A stretch of DNA of 63,840 nt, filler included, from Perkinsus chesapeaki ATCC PRA-425 (GCA_013115145.1; 11 parts of 11 records of this genome joined end to end with filler, not necessarily neighbours in it); one strand, 5' to 3'. Counted from the whole stretch's first letter, positions 51,918 through 63,840 are shown. Notes: generated from the letters alone by a model not told the origin. Made by a program: numbers and translations.

Positions 51918-53193
51918 ATGTCCCATTCAACTGTTGCCGATAGCTACGAGAGTTACGTTGCTGCAGACTCATCGAAGGTTGACGGTGGTGATGCTGAGGT
52001 GTCACCTTATAATTACGATTATGTTGGGAAAGCTGTAGGGCGCAAGGAACCTATATTTGTGAAGGATTGTGATGAGTAAGTCCGGAGGAGCTGTCGGATA
52101 GGTGTTATCAGCGTCGTATGCGCGGTGTTTGGGGAGGTTGCAAAAAACGGTCAATCTTTGGCTTTGAAAAATTCACTTGCTGCTGTGAGAAACTTTCAAG
52201 CTGGCAGGCAGCCGGTGGCGGCGGCGGATACTAGATCTGAGTATTATATTTTTTTAGGGAACTGTATCATTTGGAACACTTCCTCGTGCCGCCTCATTAC
52301 AAGGATGATTTGAAGAGGATCATGTTACCGAAGGGATTGATACTCGATCGCACGGAGAAGCTCGCTATGGACATCCGCAAGGCGTAGGGGGACAGAATTT
52401 GTGTCGCCGGTTCGACGGTATTATTGCAGATATGGTGACACCAAACTGCACTTGTTATGTATCCTGAAGGGCAGCCGAGGGTTCTTCTCCGAGCTCGTCG
52501 GGTATCTTAACCGAATTCACAGGTAAGAGCCTTGAGTATCGAAGTTGCGGAATTAGTTGGCATTGAAGCAAATGGGACTTTTCCGTGGCCCCGTCAGGAT
52601 GGTCGATGTTGGTTAGGTACACGGCTAATATGCATCACGCCCCCTATCAAGAACATTACGTACGAATTAAAAGCTATCATAACACCGAGAGTACAGGCAA
52701 GCTCAACGTCATGGCCGATGACTTGTCGGTAAGGACAGTACAGAAGCATCGCTTCCCGTAGGCGTTTTTGGCAGGTGTTGAAGGATCAGGATGTACTAAT
52801 CGTGGAGGACATAGTTGACACTGGCAACACTCTATCGAAGTTTTGCAAGTACCTTGAGACCTTCGGGCCAAAGTCTATCAGAGTAGCCCAGCGGCAATTT
52901 GCTGAGATTAAAGTGTGCGTGTTAGGTTGCGACACTTGTCGAAAAGCGCACCGATAAATCCTGCGGGTTCAAGGGCGACTTTGTTGGATTCTCGGTAAGT
53001 GCCATCCCGACTTGGTGTTTTGACAAGTGCTTTAGGTTCCGGATGAGTTCATTGTGGGATTCTGTTTGGACTATAATGAAGTAACAACTCCAATGCTCAA
53101 CAACTTGATGCCATTCTCTTTTGTCAGCATTTCCGCGATCTCGAGCACGTCGCCGTTCTCACTGATGAGGCCATCAAGAAATATGCGAAGTAA
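51918..53193 (+). CDS. HXGPRT: Hypoxanthine-xanthine-guanine phosphoribosyltransferase, multi-exon
   Basis: Exons give [84 protein letters not shown] and FRDLEHVAV, closely paralleling the Toxoplasma enzyme. Confidence 0.96.
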
Positions 53194-53449
53194 ATCGTGG
53201 CGCGTGACGGCGGCGACCATAGATTTATTCATTAAGTGAATATCTTCCTCTAGTAGCTGTCATTAGTGGTAGTTCCTGTCACCTCATCTGCCTCCTCCTG
53301 CTGCTGTTGTTATTAGTGTCGTAGTTGTTTTGGTCTGAACGCATGAGGTGCTGGCGGAAGCGCTGCTACTCTTGTCGGTTAATCGTAGGGGCGTTGGACC
53401 CATCCTCATCTGCAATATCTCTCTTTTCCAAGAGGATGAGCAAGTTGTG

Positions 53450-55009
53450 TTAAACTAGTGGGGACAGATAACACAATAACAAAGATAAACAAACGGACAC
53501 TTGATTGAGCAAACGATCGGCGGCAATAGCGCCGGCTAGTCGAGCGGCACTGTCGGGATGGGGAGGGATGAGATGCATTGGAAGTGACGATAGATCACCG
53601 AGGAGAATGTTACTGGGCAGAGTTGCATTAATTAGGGAACAACAAGGATGTTGCCATAACGCTAATCGAGTGTAGATATACCGTCGTAGAGTGAGGTCAT
53701 CGTCGACTGCTGATGGAGGGAGACTGAATCCTAGCACTTTGTCGAGGGGAACGAGAGTGTTGTAGAGTAGGCGAATGATGTCGATGAAGGCGTTGATGTC
53801 GGTATCAGATTCGAGGGGGTTCCAGACAATTCTATCGGAGGAGATGCGGCCTTCTTTTGTCGGGTGGAGGAGGATGGCGTAGATTCGCATGTGGGAGATG
53901 CCGTCCTCGCAGTACCAACCGAAAATCAGCTCCCACTGCTGATGGAAGACAAAGATCTCTTCTGGATGCTTCAGGCACGTCGGATCATCGAATGCAAAGA
54001 GGAGGGGTAGATAGACGTGCTCGCGTAGGCCGACAGCCTCGGTGATCAATCCAGACCTCAACAGAAGTCTGGGTGAACCGAGTGCTCCAGCGGAAAAGAT
54101 GAACTGGTCCCCACGGAACGAAACATCGTCGGTTTCGGCAGCAGTCACTAAACCCGTAGCTGCGTCCAAAGCGAGGCTTGTCACCGTGGTGTTGGCAAAG
54201 ACGTCGACATTATGGTAGACGCCGGTCGAGCATTTGAAAGCATCGGGCCTTCCGGACATGTCAAGACAGGAACTGACTCGAGGCATTGACGCTACGACTG
54301 TAGGAGGATGAGGAACCAACGATGGCGTCGGGCCTGGAGTAAGGCCACCCAGATTGGACACGACAGCCACCATGGAGTCTGGAATATCACGCAAACTCGC
54401 CAAGGGCTCCCATTGTATGTTCAACGAAGAGTTGGTAAACCCCACGATCGACTCGATGTAATCGTTGGCCACGTTGAAATAATCACCTGCGGCACTTATG
54501 TTGATATCCATCCAGTATCGACCGTTAACGCGGCTGCTACCACCGAGGACTCGGCCGCCCACAAACGTGAGCGTTCTGATGACAGATCGGTCGGGAAGGG
54601 GAAAGTCGACCTCCGCCGTCCACCATCGAGATGCCTCTTTGCTTGCCGATGGATGTATGCCCCCGTCAGAGTTTGAATCACCTCCTCCGGCTTCTAGTAG
54701 GCAGATCCTGGATTTATTGGAACCCTTCTGACACAAGCGCGCGGCTGTAGTTGAGCCACCGCTGCCCGCGCCGATTATGATGATATCGCAGTACTCGATA
54801 CGCTTAAACATGCTCCGCGGGTCATGTTGGAAATCACAGCGGTTATGAGATGAGTGCTGTTCGAGGCCCACTGGGTCAACACTGGGGGAGAGTCTGTATT
54901 CCTCTTCTGCACCGAAGAGTGATAGGATAGTTTCCCCCTTCATTGAGATGATAAGGTGCATCAGGATGCCGAGGAGCAAGGTGGGCAATGCAAGACATGA
55001 CCGATTCAT
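53450..55009 (-). CDS. Secreted GMC (glucose-methanol-choline) oxidoreductase-like flavoprotein
   Basis: Signal peptide, DIIIIGAGSGG (FAD), CLLEAGG, GRVLGGSSRVNG, SAGALGSPRLLLRSG, C-terminal WQH; 519-aa open ORF that probably ends in a splice donor. Confidence 0.85.
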   Translation of the reverse strand: MNRSCLALPTLLLGILMHLIISMKGETILSLFGAEEEYRLSPSVDPVGLEQHSSHNRCDFQHDPRSMFKRIEYCDIIIIGAGSGGSTTAARLCQKGSNKSRICLLEAGGGDSNSDGGIHPSASKEASRWWTAEVDFPLPDRSVIRTLTFVGGRVLGGSSRVNGRYWMDINISAAGDYFNVANDYIESIVGFTNSSLNIQWEPLASLRDIPDSMVAVVSNLGGLTPGPTPSLVPHPPTVVASMPRVSSCLDMSGRPDAFKCSTGVYHNVDVFANTTVTSLALDAATGLVTAAETDDVSFRGDQFIFSAGALGSPRLLLRSGLITEAVGLREHVYLPLLFAFDDPTCLKHPEEIFVFHQQWELIFGWYCEDGISHMRIYAILLHPTKEGRISSDRIVWNPLESDTDINAFIDIIRLLYNTLVPLDKVLGFSLPPSAVDDDLTLRRYIYTRLALWQHPCCSLINATLPSNILLGDLSSLPMHLIPPHPDSAARLAGAIAADRLLNQVSVCLSLLLCYLSPLV

Positions 55010-55144
55010 AAGCCTAAAAACCGTTGAATGAATTTCCTAAATCCTATCTATATTTCACATGCTTAACATTCCGTGCATTCGTATATCGAATACTTCGGTA
55101 TTTCCGTTACGCCTACGGACTGCAAGACCGCCCTCACCCAAGTG

Positions 55145-55217
55145 GAAGTGGCCGATACTAAACCACCACTACCACCTCCCAGGGTATATTGAAGTGGCCG
55201 ATACTAAACCACCACTA
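55145..55217. repeat. 46-bp minisatellite at contig end (reverse complement of the one at 41371)
   Basis: GAAGTGGCCGATACTAAACCACCACTACCACCTCCCAGGGTATATT starts at 55145 and 55191. Confidence 0.92.
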
Positions 55218-55317
55218 NNNNNNNNNNNNNNNNNNNNNNNNNNNNNNNNNNNNNNNNNNNNTTAATTAATTAANNNNNNNNNNNNNNNNNNNNNNNNNNN
55301 NNNNNNNNNNNNNNNNN

Positions 55318-56196
55318 AGCTTCACGGCCAATTGACGGAGATTAATTTTGCACAAGTCCTCTTCTATAATCGAGGCTTGTCGATGCTGGGCCATCATTGA
55401 TGGCCCTTAACAGAAATCATAAATGATGATAGAACTTGCTCGATACGGCTAACGTCATGATTCCGCGAGAACAGCCCAAGGAAAACTTCGTTATCGAGCC
55501 CTAACCTGAAAACCATAGGAATACCTAAGCCGCCCTGTTCTCACTTCGTTTGAGGACTCTATCTACCTTATAGGCTATAGTTATACCGTTTTCGACCTAC
55601 TGAGTCATTTAGATTCCTCAGATTTTGCTCTCTTCATGCAGCGTCTTGCACTGGAGTGCTCAACTTGATCACAGCTGGTTTTACGTCCTTTACTTCAGGC
55701 GGAGTTGGCATATTTCTAGAGAAAACTTTCGCAGTCTGAGTTGTACCCAATACATCCAAGTTCTGCAAGGTGGCTCATATTTAGAGAGCTTAGCAGAGTA
55801 AGCCTTATCTAGCTTGATTCGAAGATCCCCATTCTCCATAAGGGTAACATTGTATTGTTCCTTAATAACCCTAGCAAGATTGAATCTGGCACTGAGTGTA
55901 TCAGAGAGAATATTATTCAGGCATTCATTGAAACGTCCTCGATTTCCCCGCGAATTTTTCCCGTACTAGATCTTCAGAGGGAACATAACAATTTCTATAC
56001 TGCCCATCCCGTCGCTGGCGATACTCTCACTTTGTTAGATACTCACTTTGAAGCCAGACTGATTAACATCCAAGTCTTCTCCTTAGCTAGCCCAATCTGG
56101 CTTATTTTTCTTCAATCCAGTAACGTTCGGTGAAGGCGAAGCACGAGAGCGTTTGCCGCGCTGGGCTGGGGCCTCCCCAGACCGCGGAGTAGGCAT
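55318..56196 (-). CDS. 5' part of a hypothetical multi-exon gene that continues at 59884 downward
   Basis: ATG at 56196 (MPTPRSGEAPAQRGKRSR..). The frame MMAQHRQASIIEEDLCKINLRQLAVK runs off the contig start and resumes in ORF 59408-59872. Confidence 0.55.
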
Positions 56197-56228
56197 GGTT
56201 GAGGGAGTTTGTCGAAAAAAAACACCAA

Positions 56229-56250
56229 CTGGAGCCAAGATGGCTATGCG
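56229..56250 (-). other. Spliced-leader relic
   Basis: Minus strand CGCATAGCCATCTTGGCTCCAG matches 18/22 (15 contiguous) of the Perkinsus SL ACCGTAGCCATCTTGGCTCAAG as recalled; no GT donor follows, so it is not an SL RNA gene. Confidence 0.7.
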
Positions 56251-56613
56251 ATAGATCCGAAGTTCGAATTCCGAACGTGTAGATCCATTGCATTCCACGT
56301 GCACGCATATGGTTATCTCCCGGAAAATGGCCCGTGCCTAAAGGCAAGCGAAATGTTGCTTAGCAACCACACTGTTGCTACGGTAGAGCGGCTCGTTCAA
56401 ATTTCAAAAGTGGTCGACTCAAAAATCACAAACACTCCTCAGAGTCCAGTAGACTGCTTTGCACGGAAACGAGACGGACAACGGCGCGAGTTGCGACGCG
56501 CCATGCACACCCCGGGATGTACGCAGCCGCAGTCATTCTACCTCAGAGCCGCTTGGCGGGTGCGATAGTCAACAGGTATATCGGAGTTCTCTCATTAATG
56601 TCCACAGTTCTTT

Positions 56614-57807
56614 GTGTATTTCATGAATGTGGTAACATATCCATCAAAAAGTCTCGATGTGGCGTGCTCTTACGAAGACTCCAAACCGCAAAGGGGCTCC
56701 ATTGCACTCCGTCGACGATGCAATCCATCTCTCCTTCTGATCGCTATTCTATGCTCACCTGCTCATTTAATTGTAGAAGCACAAGTGTTGAGGCTTCATG
56801 CCGTGCAAAGAGCTGATAGTCCATACGGCAAGCGGTTGTCTACCCTTTTTAAAATGCCCACGGGTGACCTTTGGGCCCTGATCGACACAGGATCACCAAG
56901 TACTTATTTTCTCTGGAAAGACTGGTTCGAAGAAGAATATGGTGAAGAAGCATGTACCTTTCCTGGTATTGGGTGCTACACGTGCCCTACACCTTGCCAA
57001 CCGCATAATCCTTTCTGGATAACATACCTAAAGGGCCCTAGCGTGCGTGTCTTTCTCTACCGCGGTACAGTTCCACTCTCTTCGGTTAATGTTAGCGACC
57101 TTCAGTTCGGTTTGGCCTGTGGTCAACAACCTCCTGAAGAGCTGTGTCAGAGCGTGCTTGGCCTTAGATTTCATCCGGAAGTGTTTGGGAGGATACCCAT
57201 ACTGCAACAGCTAGTGAGCAGGTCTCCGAAAGTAATCGGTGCCAAGGTGTTTGCACTGTATCTATCTCAAACACCTCAGGAATATGCACATTACGGTGAG
57301 CTCTTACTAGGTGGTGGGGACCGACGTCTTTATAAACGTGACCTTCGTTATGTAAGGTTCGATGACTCTAGTAAGTACATCGTTAAGCTGAGTAGTATAC
57401 AAATCGGCGAGGCAACCCGGACTCGTCGAGAGAACGTAGATCTTTACATCGACACTGGGACTAATGCATTCCTTCTGGACCAGAGGCGCTATGATATCCT
57501 GATTGAGAGTGTTAAAAGAGAAGCTGCAAGATCAGGAGTTACGGTCACCTGGAATGACATACTCACGAGGTGGACGGCTAACTGCACACACCTCGACGCT
57601 CTGCCGCTGGTGAGATTCTGGCTCGGTACTGAAGACGTACCCCTTAACCTCACTCCTAGGAGCTATGTTCACACTTCGAGGGATATATGCTACATAAATG
57701 TCGAACCGTTTCCCACTTGCGTACTGCCGGTTCAAGCTCTAGTTGGCAATTACTTCGAGTTTCGACCTGACGAAGGTCAAATTGGGTTCGGGGAAGCAGT
57801 ATCCTAG
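56614..57807 (+). CDS. Pepsin-like (A1) aspartic protease, intronless
   Basis: LIDTGSPSTY and YIDTGTNAFL catalytic motifs, VLGL, and C-terminal LVGNYFEF..IGF; hydrophobic signal-like stretch ~35 aa after the first Met. Confidence 0.88.
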   Translation: MYFMNVVTYPSKSLDVACSYEDSKPQRGSIALRRRCNPSLLLIAILCSPAHLIVEAQVLRLHAVQRADSPYGKRLSTLFKMPTGDLWALIDTGSPSTYFLWKDWFEEEYGEEACTFPGIGCYTCPTPCQPHNPFWITYLKGPSVRVFLYRGTVPLSSVNVSDLQFGLACGQQPPEELCQSVLGLRFHPEVFGRIPILQQLVSRSPKVIGAKVFALYLSQTPQEYAHYGELLLGGGDRRLYKRDLRYVRFDDSSKYIVKLSSIQIGEATRTRRENVDLYIDTGTNAFLLDQRRYDILIESVKREAARSGVTVTWNDILTRWTANCTHLDALPLVRFWLGTEDVPLNLTPRSYVHTSRDICYINVEPFPTCVLPVQALVGNYFEFRPDEGQIGFGEAVS

Positions 57808-58640
57808 AGCATGGCCGACTTTATTTAGGCCGTCAAATCTTATTTTTCTGGTCGACTTTGGTTTGGCTGTCGACTGGTAAGCTGTTATAGATTCTTTTGT
57901 TGTTCGATGTTCTTGCTCCAACGCCTGTCTACAGTACGTTGAACAAAGTGATAACATTATGAAGGATATGATACTCAGTATGTAACCAGCGTGGAGTAGG
58001 GTCCACATCGTCCGTATACTTCTTTATTGCGCTGCTTATACTATTCGACTCGCATCTCTTATTCTATTTCTTCAGTGAGACGATGGAAAGAAATGTGTTA
58101 ATGTCCTCCTTTGTCATTCTCCCACTGCACATTCGAGGATTCAGATTCGCTGGGTTGAATGTAGTGTTATAGTAGTAACTAAGATCAATCCACTCAGAGA
58201 CATAGCAAGAGGACCCGACAGTCAGGTTCTCGGGACCTAATTCTAGCACATGCGGGCTCCATGGTTCGTGTGGCAGCCACGTGTACTACACGAACTTTGT
58301 TTATTTTGCTGGCACGAACTTGCTAATAGGGAGTTCGTAGTACGAACTTCGTACGTAATGGTTATTGGCTGACTCGGCTTCATTTCTCATATTCATGCTC
58401 CCGATATGCAGTCGACTATATTTATCTGCGGCCCCATGATGTCTTCGGCTGTCAACCAATGGGTACTCACTCTCATTTCGCCAGCCGAAGTAAGCCGCTA
58501 CGGCATTAGCTACAGCTCGCACGATTGGTTGACCTACTTGGCACTCTTCACTCTTGTCTCCACGTGGCGAATCGCCACGAGTAGCAAGTTACTTGCTAAT
58601 CCTTAGCTCCGGAATTTTATTCGTTAAAGCCCGTCAGTGT
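57739..58640 (-). CDS. Hypothetical multi-exon protein
   Basis: Exon-like ORFs 58301-58522, 58064-58249 and 57739-58008; no family recognised. Confidence 0.35.
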
Positions 58641-59407
58641 CTATCCCAAAGATTCTGTACGCCCTAACATTACCCAGGACAGTTTCGCTACGTGTTCATT
58701 TGTCTTNNNNNNNNNNNNNNNNNNNNNNNNNNNNNNNNNNNNNNNNNNNNNNNNNNNNNNNNNNNNNNNNNNNNNNNNNNNNNNNNNNNNNNNNCATTTG
58801 TCTTTTTCTCAAAATTTCCTCAATTATGTGAAATATCCATTGGTTGCATAATGCAACTTGCATTTCATGTCAGAAATTTCGGAAATTTCCGCAAGCGGAA
58901 ATTTCTGAAATTTCCATTCTCGACAACCCTGGTGGCGATGGAGAGCGCTTCACATATCTCTTCTTATACGGTGTCTCGATAATGTGTTCCTGGCCCTACC
59001 CGGTGAATTCGTCATGGGATTAGGGCATACGCACTGCGAGTTGCCGATTAGCTCTCCAATATCTCAGTCAGATGTCACCTGGTGGCGGTGCTTTCATTTT
59101 CAACGCCTACAGTGCCTCCACTACGACTGTCGCAATTTCTGGCTCCACTGCTTCGACGTGTACCATCGTAGAGTATTATCGTTCAACGACTGGTGGGCCC
59201 TCAAGGGATAAGGACGAGAAGTACAAAGGACCTTTACAAGTCGTGCGGCAGACCGCCTGTAATAAATGCTCTTGCTCTACTGCCGCAGATACGTCAAACA
59301 TTTCGGAAGAGCTTTCACACTCTCCGATGATCGCCCCAGTCGAAACTCATAACACAAGCCTTCAGCAACTACCTGGACGGTATGGCTAAGCAAACAGCTA
59401 ACAGCGG

Positions 59408-59884
59408 CTAGATGTGAACGGCACACAACTGAACGGTTGTCAACTCAGCGTAAGAAAGATGACGGCCGAGCTGAATAACACTGTCGCTACCAGACTCGAC
59501 GGATTTGCGCGAGCCACGAGTCTCGACATGTGCGGTGTAAACGAGATCAGCCAAGGACTTGCTTATAGCAAAACCATAACTGATAGAAGAGCGCCAAAGG
59601 GATGACAAAACATCGACTTCAGAATTTGCGATACAATACTTAACGATGGTCTCGAGGAACTCCATAAGGGACGCGTCGAAGGCTGAGGTGTCAGAAATTA
59701 GAGAAATTATGTCATCTGAAGGCAACTGGAGAATCAGACTTTGCTCGCAGTTGAGAAGCACATCTCTACGGATTGACCGAGGGACAGTCAAAAGAGGCCG
59801 AGAACACAGCTTTGAAACATCGGCAACATTGACAAGGGCCTTTAAGAGTAACACTGAAAGCTTCACGGCCAATTGACGGAGATT
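59408..59884 (-). CDS. Continuation exon of the gene starting at 56196
   Basis: 154-aa open frame LAVKLSVLLLKALV..; in frame with the sequence at 55318-55385 through a 26-bp end overlap. Confidence 0.6.
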   Translation of the reverse strand, partial: NLRQLAVKLSVLLLKALVNVADVSKLCSRPLLTVPRSIRRDVLLNCEQSLILQLPSDDIISLISDTSAFDASLMEFLETIVKYCIANSEVDVLSSLWRSSISYGFAISKSLADLVYTAHVETRGSRKSVESGSDSVIQLGRHLSYAELTTVQLCAVHI

Positions 59885-60830
59885 NNNNNNNNNNNNNNNN
59901 NNNNNNNNNNNNNNNNNNNNNNNNNNNNTTAATTAATTAANNNNNNNNNNNNNNNNNNNNNNNNNNNNNNNNNNNNNNNNNNNNAGGCCTCTCCTGCACG
60001 GGCGGGATGGGATGGGAAAGAAAAGTCTGTACACTTGTGACGCAGAAGTTGGTGAGACGCGAGTAGGATTGCGTGCTCATGGCAACGTGAAACGTCCTAT
60101 GCAATAACAGGTTTTGTATATGCTTCGTGCCCGCGGAGTGAGAACGGGCCACACGAACCTGTGTTGGTGTGACAACCACTGGCAATCGCGTACTGAAAAG
60201 AGTGTCCATAGACTTGGCTGCTTCCCGCTTATCGACGTAGACTATAGCGCATAGTACTAACTTAGTACAACTACTTAGCGACGCCACGACTGCGTGCGAA
60301 CACGTTTGGGCGATGTTGCGCGAGTCAAAGAAGAATGATTTGTGCACTACCGATAAGAAACGCTTGGCAAGGACTGGAGAGCTCTCCAAGCGTGTAAGCT
60401 CACTATGTATTTTCGCTAATGCGGTCTGCAACAGCGCGCGGGTAGTATTTCAGAAAGAGTGAAATATAGCTATACCACTATCCCCATTGATAAGATTGCG
60501 AAGATTGGTTCAATCGCTCTTCTAAAAACAATGATATCATCCTTGATGAACGATAAGAGTACCGCGGTAAAGCTACCCATGAAATGTTTTGATATCCTTG
60601 GCAATCGGATCCGATACATTGGTCTTCGCGGCCCTATTGGAAGCACAGCTACTGGGCTAAGCTATATAATATTAAGGGCTAAGCTAAACGTATTCGTTTC
60701 CGCTTAGAATAGCCGAGAAATATCCTGGACCTCCTGGTTCTCGAGTCATGGTATCGATTAGTATCCCATGGTTCTTCATGGTCATTGTATCAATGCTAGA
60801 TCACTCCCTCTTAGCTAGCTCCTGTACCAC

Positions 60831-62063
<1,233 letters not shown>

Positions 62064-63434
62064 NNNNNNNNNNNNNNNNNNNNNNNNNNNNNNNNNNNNN
62101 NNNNNNNTTAATTAATTAANNNNNNNNNNNNNNNNNNNNNNNNNNNNNNNNNNNNNNNNNNNNCCCATTCTGTGGCAGTATTCAAGACTAACCTTCCGAC
62201 ACGATGGACGGCTACTCTCTCTCTTGGTCATTCTTCACATAGGCCTGAACGCCACGAACGAGTGCTCACAATTACTGCTGATGACCGATACGGCATGCGG
62301 ACCTTCACTGAAAAGGGAACTCTCACGGGAGGTATCGTCAAAAAATTGGGAGTTGAAGGCCTTCGAACCACAGTGGAGGCATTCTTTTTCAAGTTGCCAA
62401 CTCATAAAACACAGTATGCATTGATGTTGGATTCGGCAGGTGAATCTTACGTACTATACAGAACAGACCAAGTTAGTGATCGCGAACATGATATACTCCC
62501 TCCTCGGTAAGTTGGGGACCTCCCATTATCTGATAAGAGGACATGATGAGTTTACAAATACGATATCAGTAGTGGTGCTTGAGCAGTATTCTACCCTCCT
62601 TTTCAGGCTCAAAATACTCGGACATACTGATATGCAAATGAGTGATGATGGTATGATACTACTACCTCCAAGGTGAATCATTCATCTGGTGTAGCCTTAA
62701 ATGACATGTTAGTTACCCTGTGGGCCTTCCGACGTATGAGCAGGCCATTACTCGAGATAATAACCAAGGAGTCACTGAGTTGAACAATTAGTTTTAGAGT
62801 GGTCTACTCAGTGCAAGTTACAGCTTCGGAATTGACGAGTTACGATGGTCCATTATTCATTAATCAGTGCGAGAAACTTCTTCTCATTACGGTGTAGGTG
62901 TCCTTTGTCATCTGTGGCAATCTGTCTGCTCCGTATTGTGTTATTACACGCTGGGCCTTGAAGGACAGAGCGACTCTGAGCAGCGCTCAGAATGCACAGT
63001 GAGCACTCCTCTGTATCTGCTTGTAGAGCTGGATTATCGCTATGATGAAAAGTGAGAACAGCGACACTTGAAGAAGCATGCTTAGCATGGCATGCTAGTT
63101 GATAGGAATAGGCAATTAAGTTATAAAAAAAGACAACTTACAACACTTTTCATATAACAGATAGACACCGAGGACTTCAATTCAGTAGTCCGCTACAAAC
63201 CAAACTAAGGCTTACGTACTTATTAGTGTGTTACGACCCACAACTCGAAACCAGCTCTTATTTTCCTAAGCTTACTTAAGGGTCAATCATATAATGAAGA
63301 AGGTCCCCTTGCTATTATGTCGATATTATTATAATGTGTTTAGTTCGCCTTCGTCCGCTTGGGTGCATCGTTCTTTTTTACTGCGTCAAAGTTCAATAGA
63401 AGTGGTTGAACTTTCAGTTTGGTCATTATCTTTT

Positions 63435-63840
63435 ATGTCTGCTCTGATCGCAATGGCACTCAGCTACATCTTTTCCCCGAGTAATTGTGGCCCCCCAATC
63501 GGTGGAGAATCAATGTGGTGCCATATCTATCCAGCACTCCTTGAAAAGAAAAGCAAGCCAATGAAAGAAATGCTATGTGCCGTGGCTCCTTCTGATGGCG
63601 CTCCCTTCGAGAGGCTTTTGTCGCATGAAGTCATTTACGATGGTAAGGGTAAACTAACCTCCGCTACCACAAGGAGCTGCAAGATCTCCAGGATTGGACG
63701 TGGTAAATACACGGCATCCGATGTTAAGTGTTTTCCGTATACAAATAGAGCTAATGGTAACAATGACTTCAACATTGACGACAAGAATCAGCTCCTGATT
63801 AACTCTATCACATATCGCACCAAGCGCGTTGAAGCATGTG
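63435..63840 (+). CDS. Hypothetical secreted protein, 3' partial
   Basis: Open frame from ATG 63435 to the window end (MSALIAMALSYIFSPSNCGPP..), with a hydrophobic N-terminus and several Cys. Confidence 0.5.
   Translation, partial: MSALIAMALSYIFSPSNCGPPIGGESMWCHIYPALLEKKSKPMKEMLCAVAPSDGAPFERLLSHEVIYDGKGKLTSATTRSCKISRIGRGKYTASDVKCFPYTNRANGNNDFNIDDKNQLLINSITYRTKRVEAC

Overview
The window is not one locus. It is 11 short contigs or scaffolds joined by N-TTAATTAATTAA-N linkers: 1-10282, 10383-20363, 20464-21862, 21963-37693, 37794-39229, 39330-41441, 41542-49539, 49640-55217, 55318-59884, 59985-62063 and 62164-63840. The DNA is eukaryotic, with many ~40-60 nt GT-AG introns. It is most likely Perkinsus (an alveolate), inferred from a Toxoplasma-like HXGPRT, a Perkinsus-type spliced-leader relic and divergent aspartic proteases. 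Recognisable genes: SRP receptor alpha, a subtilisin pseudogene, two aspartic proteases, bacterial-type citrate synthase, a SAMHD1-like dNTPase, an S10 carboxypeptidase, an ODA1/CCDC114-like coiled coil, an EF-hand protein, HXGPRT, a GMC oxidoreductase and cathepsin L. Mobile DNA: two LTR retroelements with CCCH-finger Gag and two DIRS-like fragments. The most striking signal is non-coding. At least 15 sites with unrelated sequences share one 22-bp architecture: first 7 nt of an 8-mer, the reverse complement of the 8-mer, then its last 7 nt. This is what microhomology joining of two opened DNA hairpins would leave after excision of an 8-bp-TSD (hAT-type) transposon. Also notable: two phased short-motif arrays (15-bp and 21-bp period), a scaffold that closes into a 4,443-bp circle or tandem unit, and an SL relic 32 nt upstream of an ATG. 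No rRNA, tRNA or CRISPR array was recognised. All calls are by eye, without database searches.
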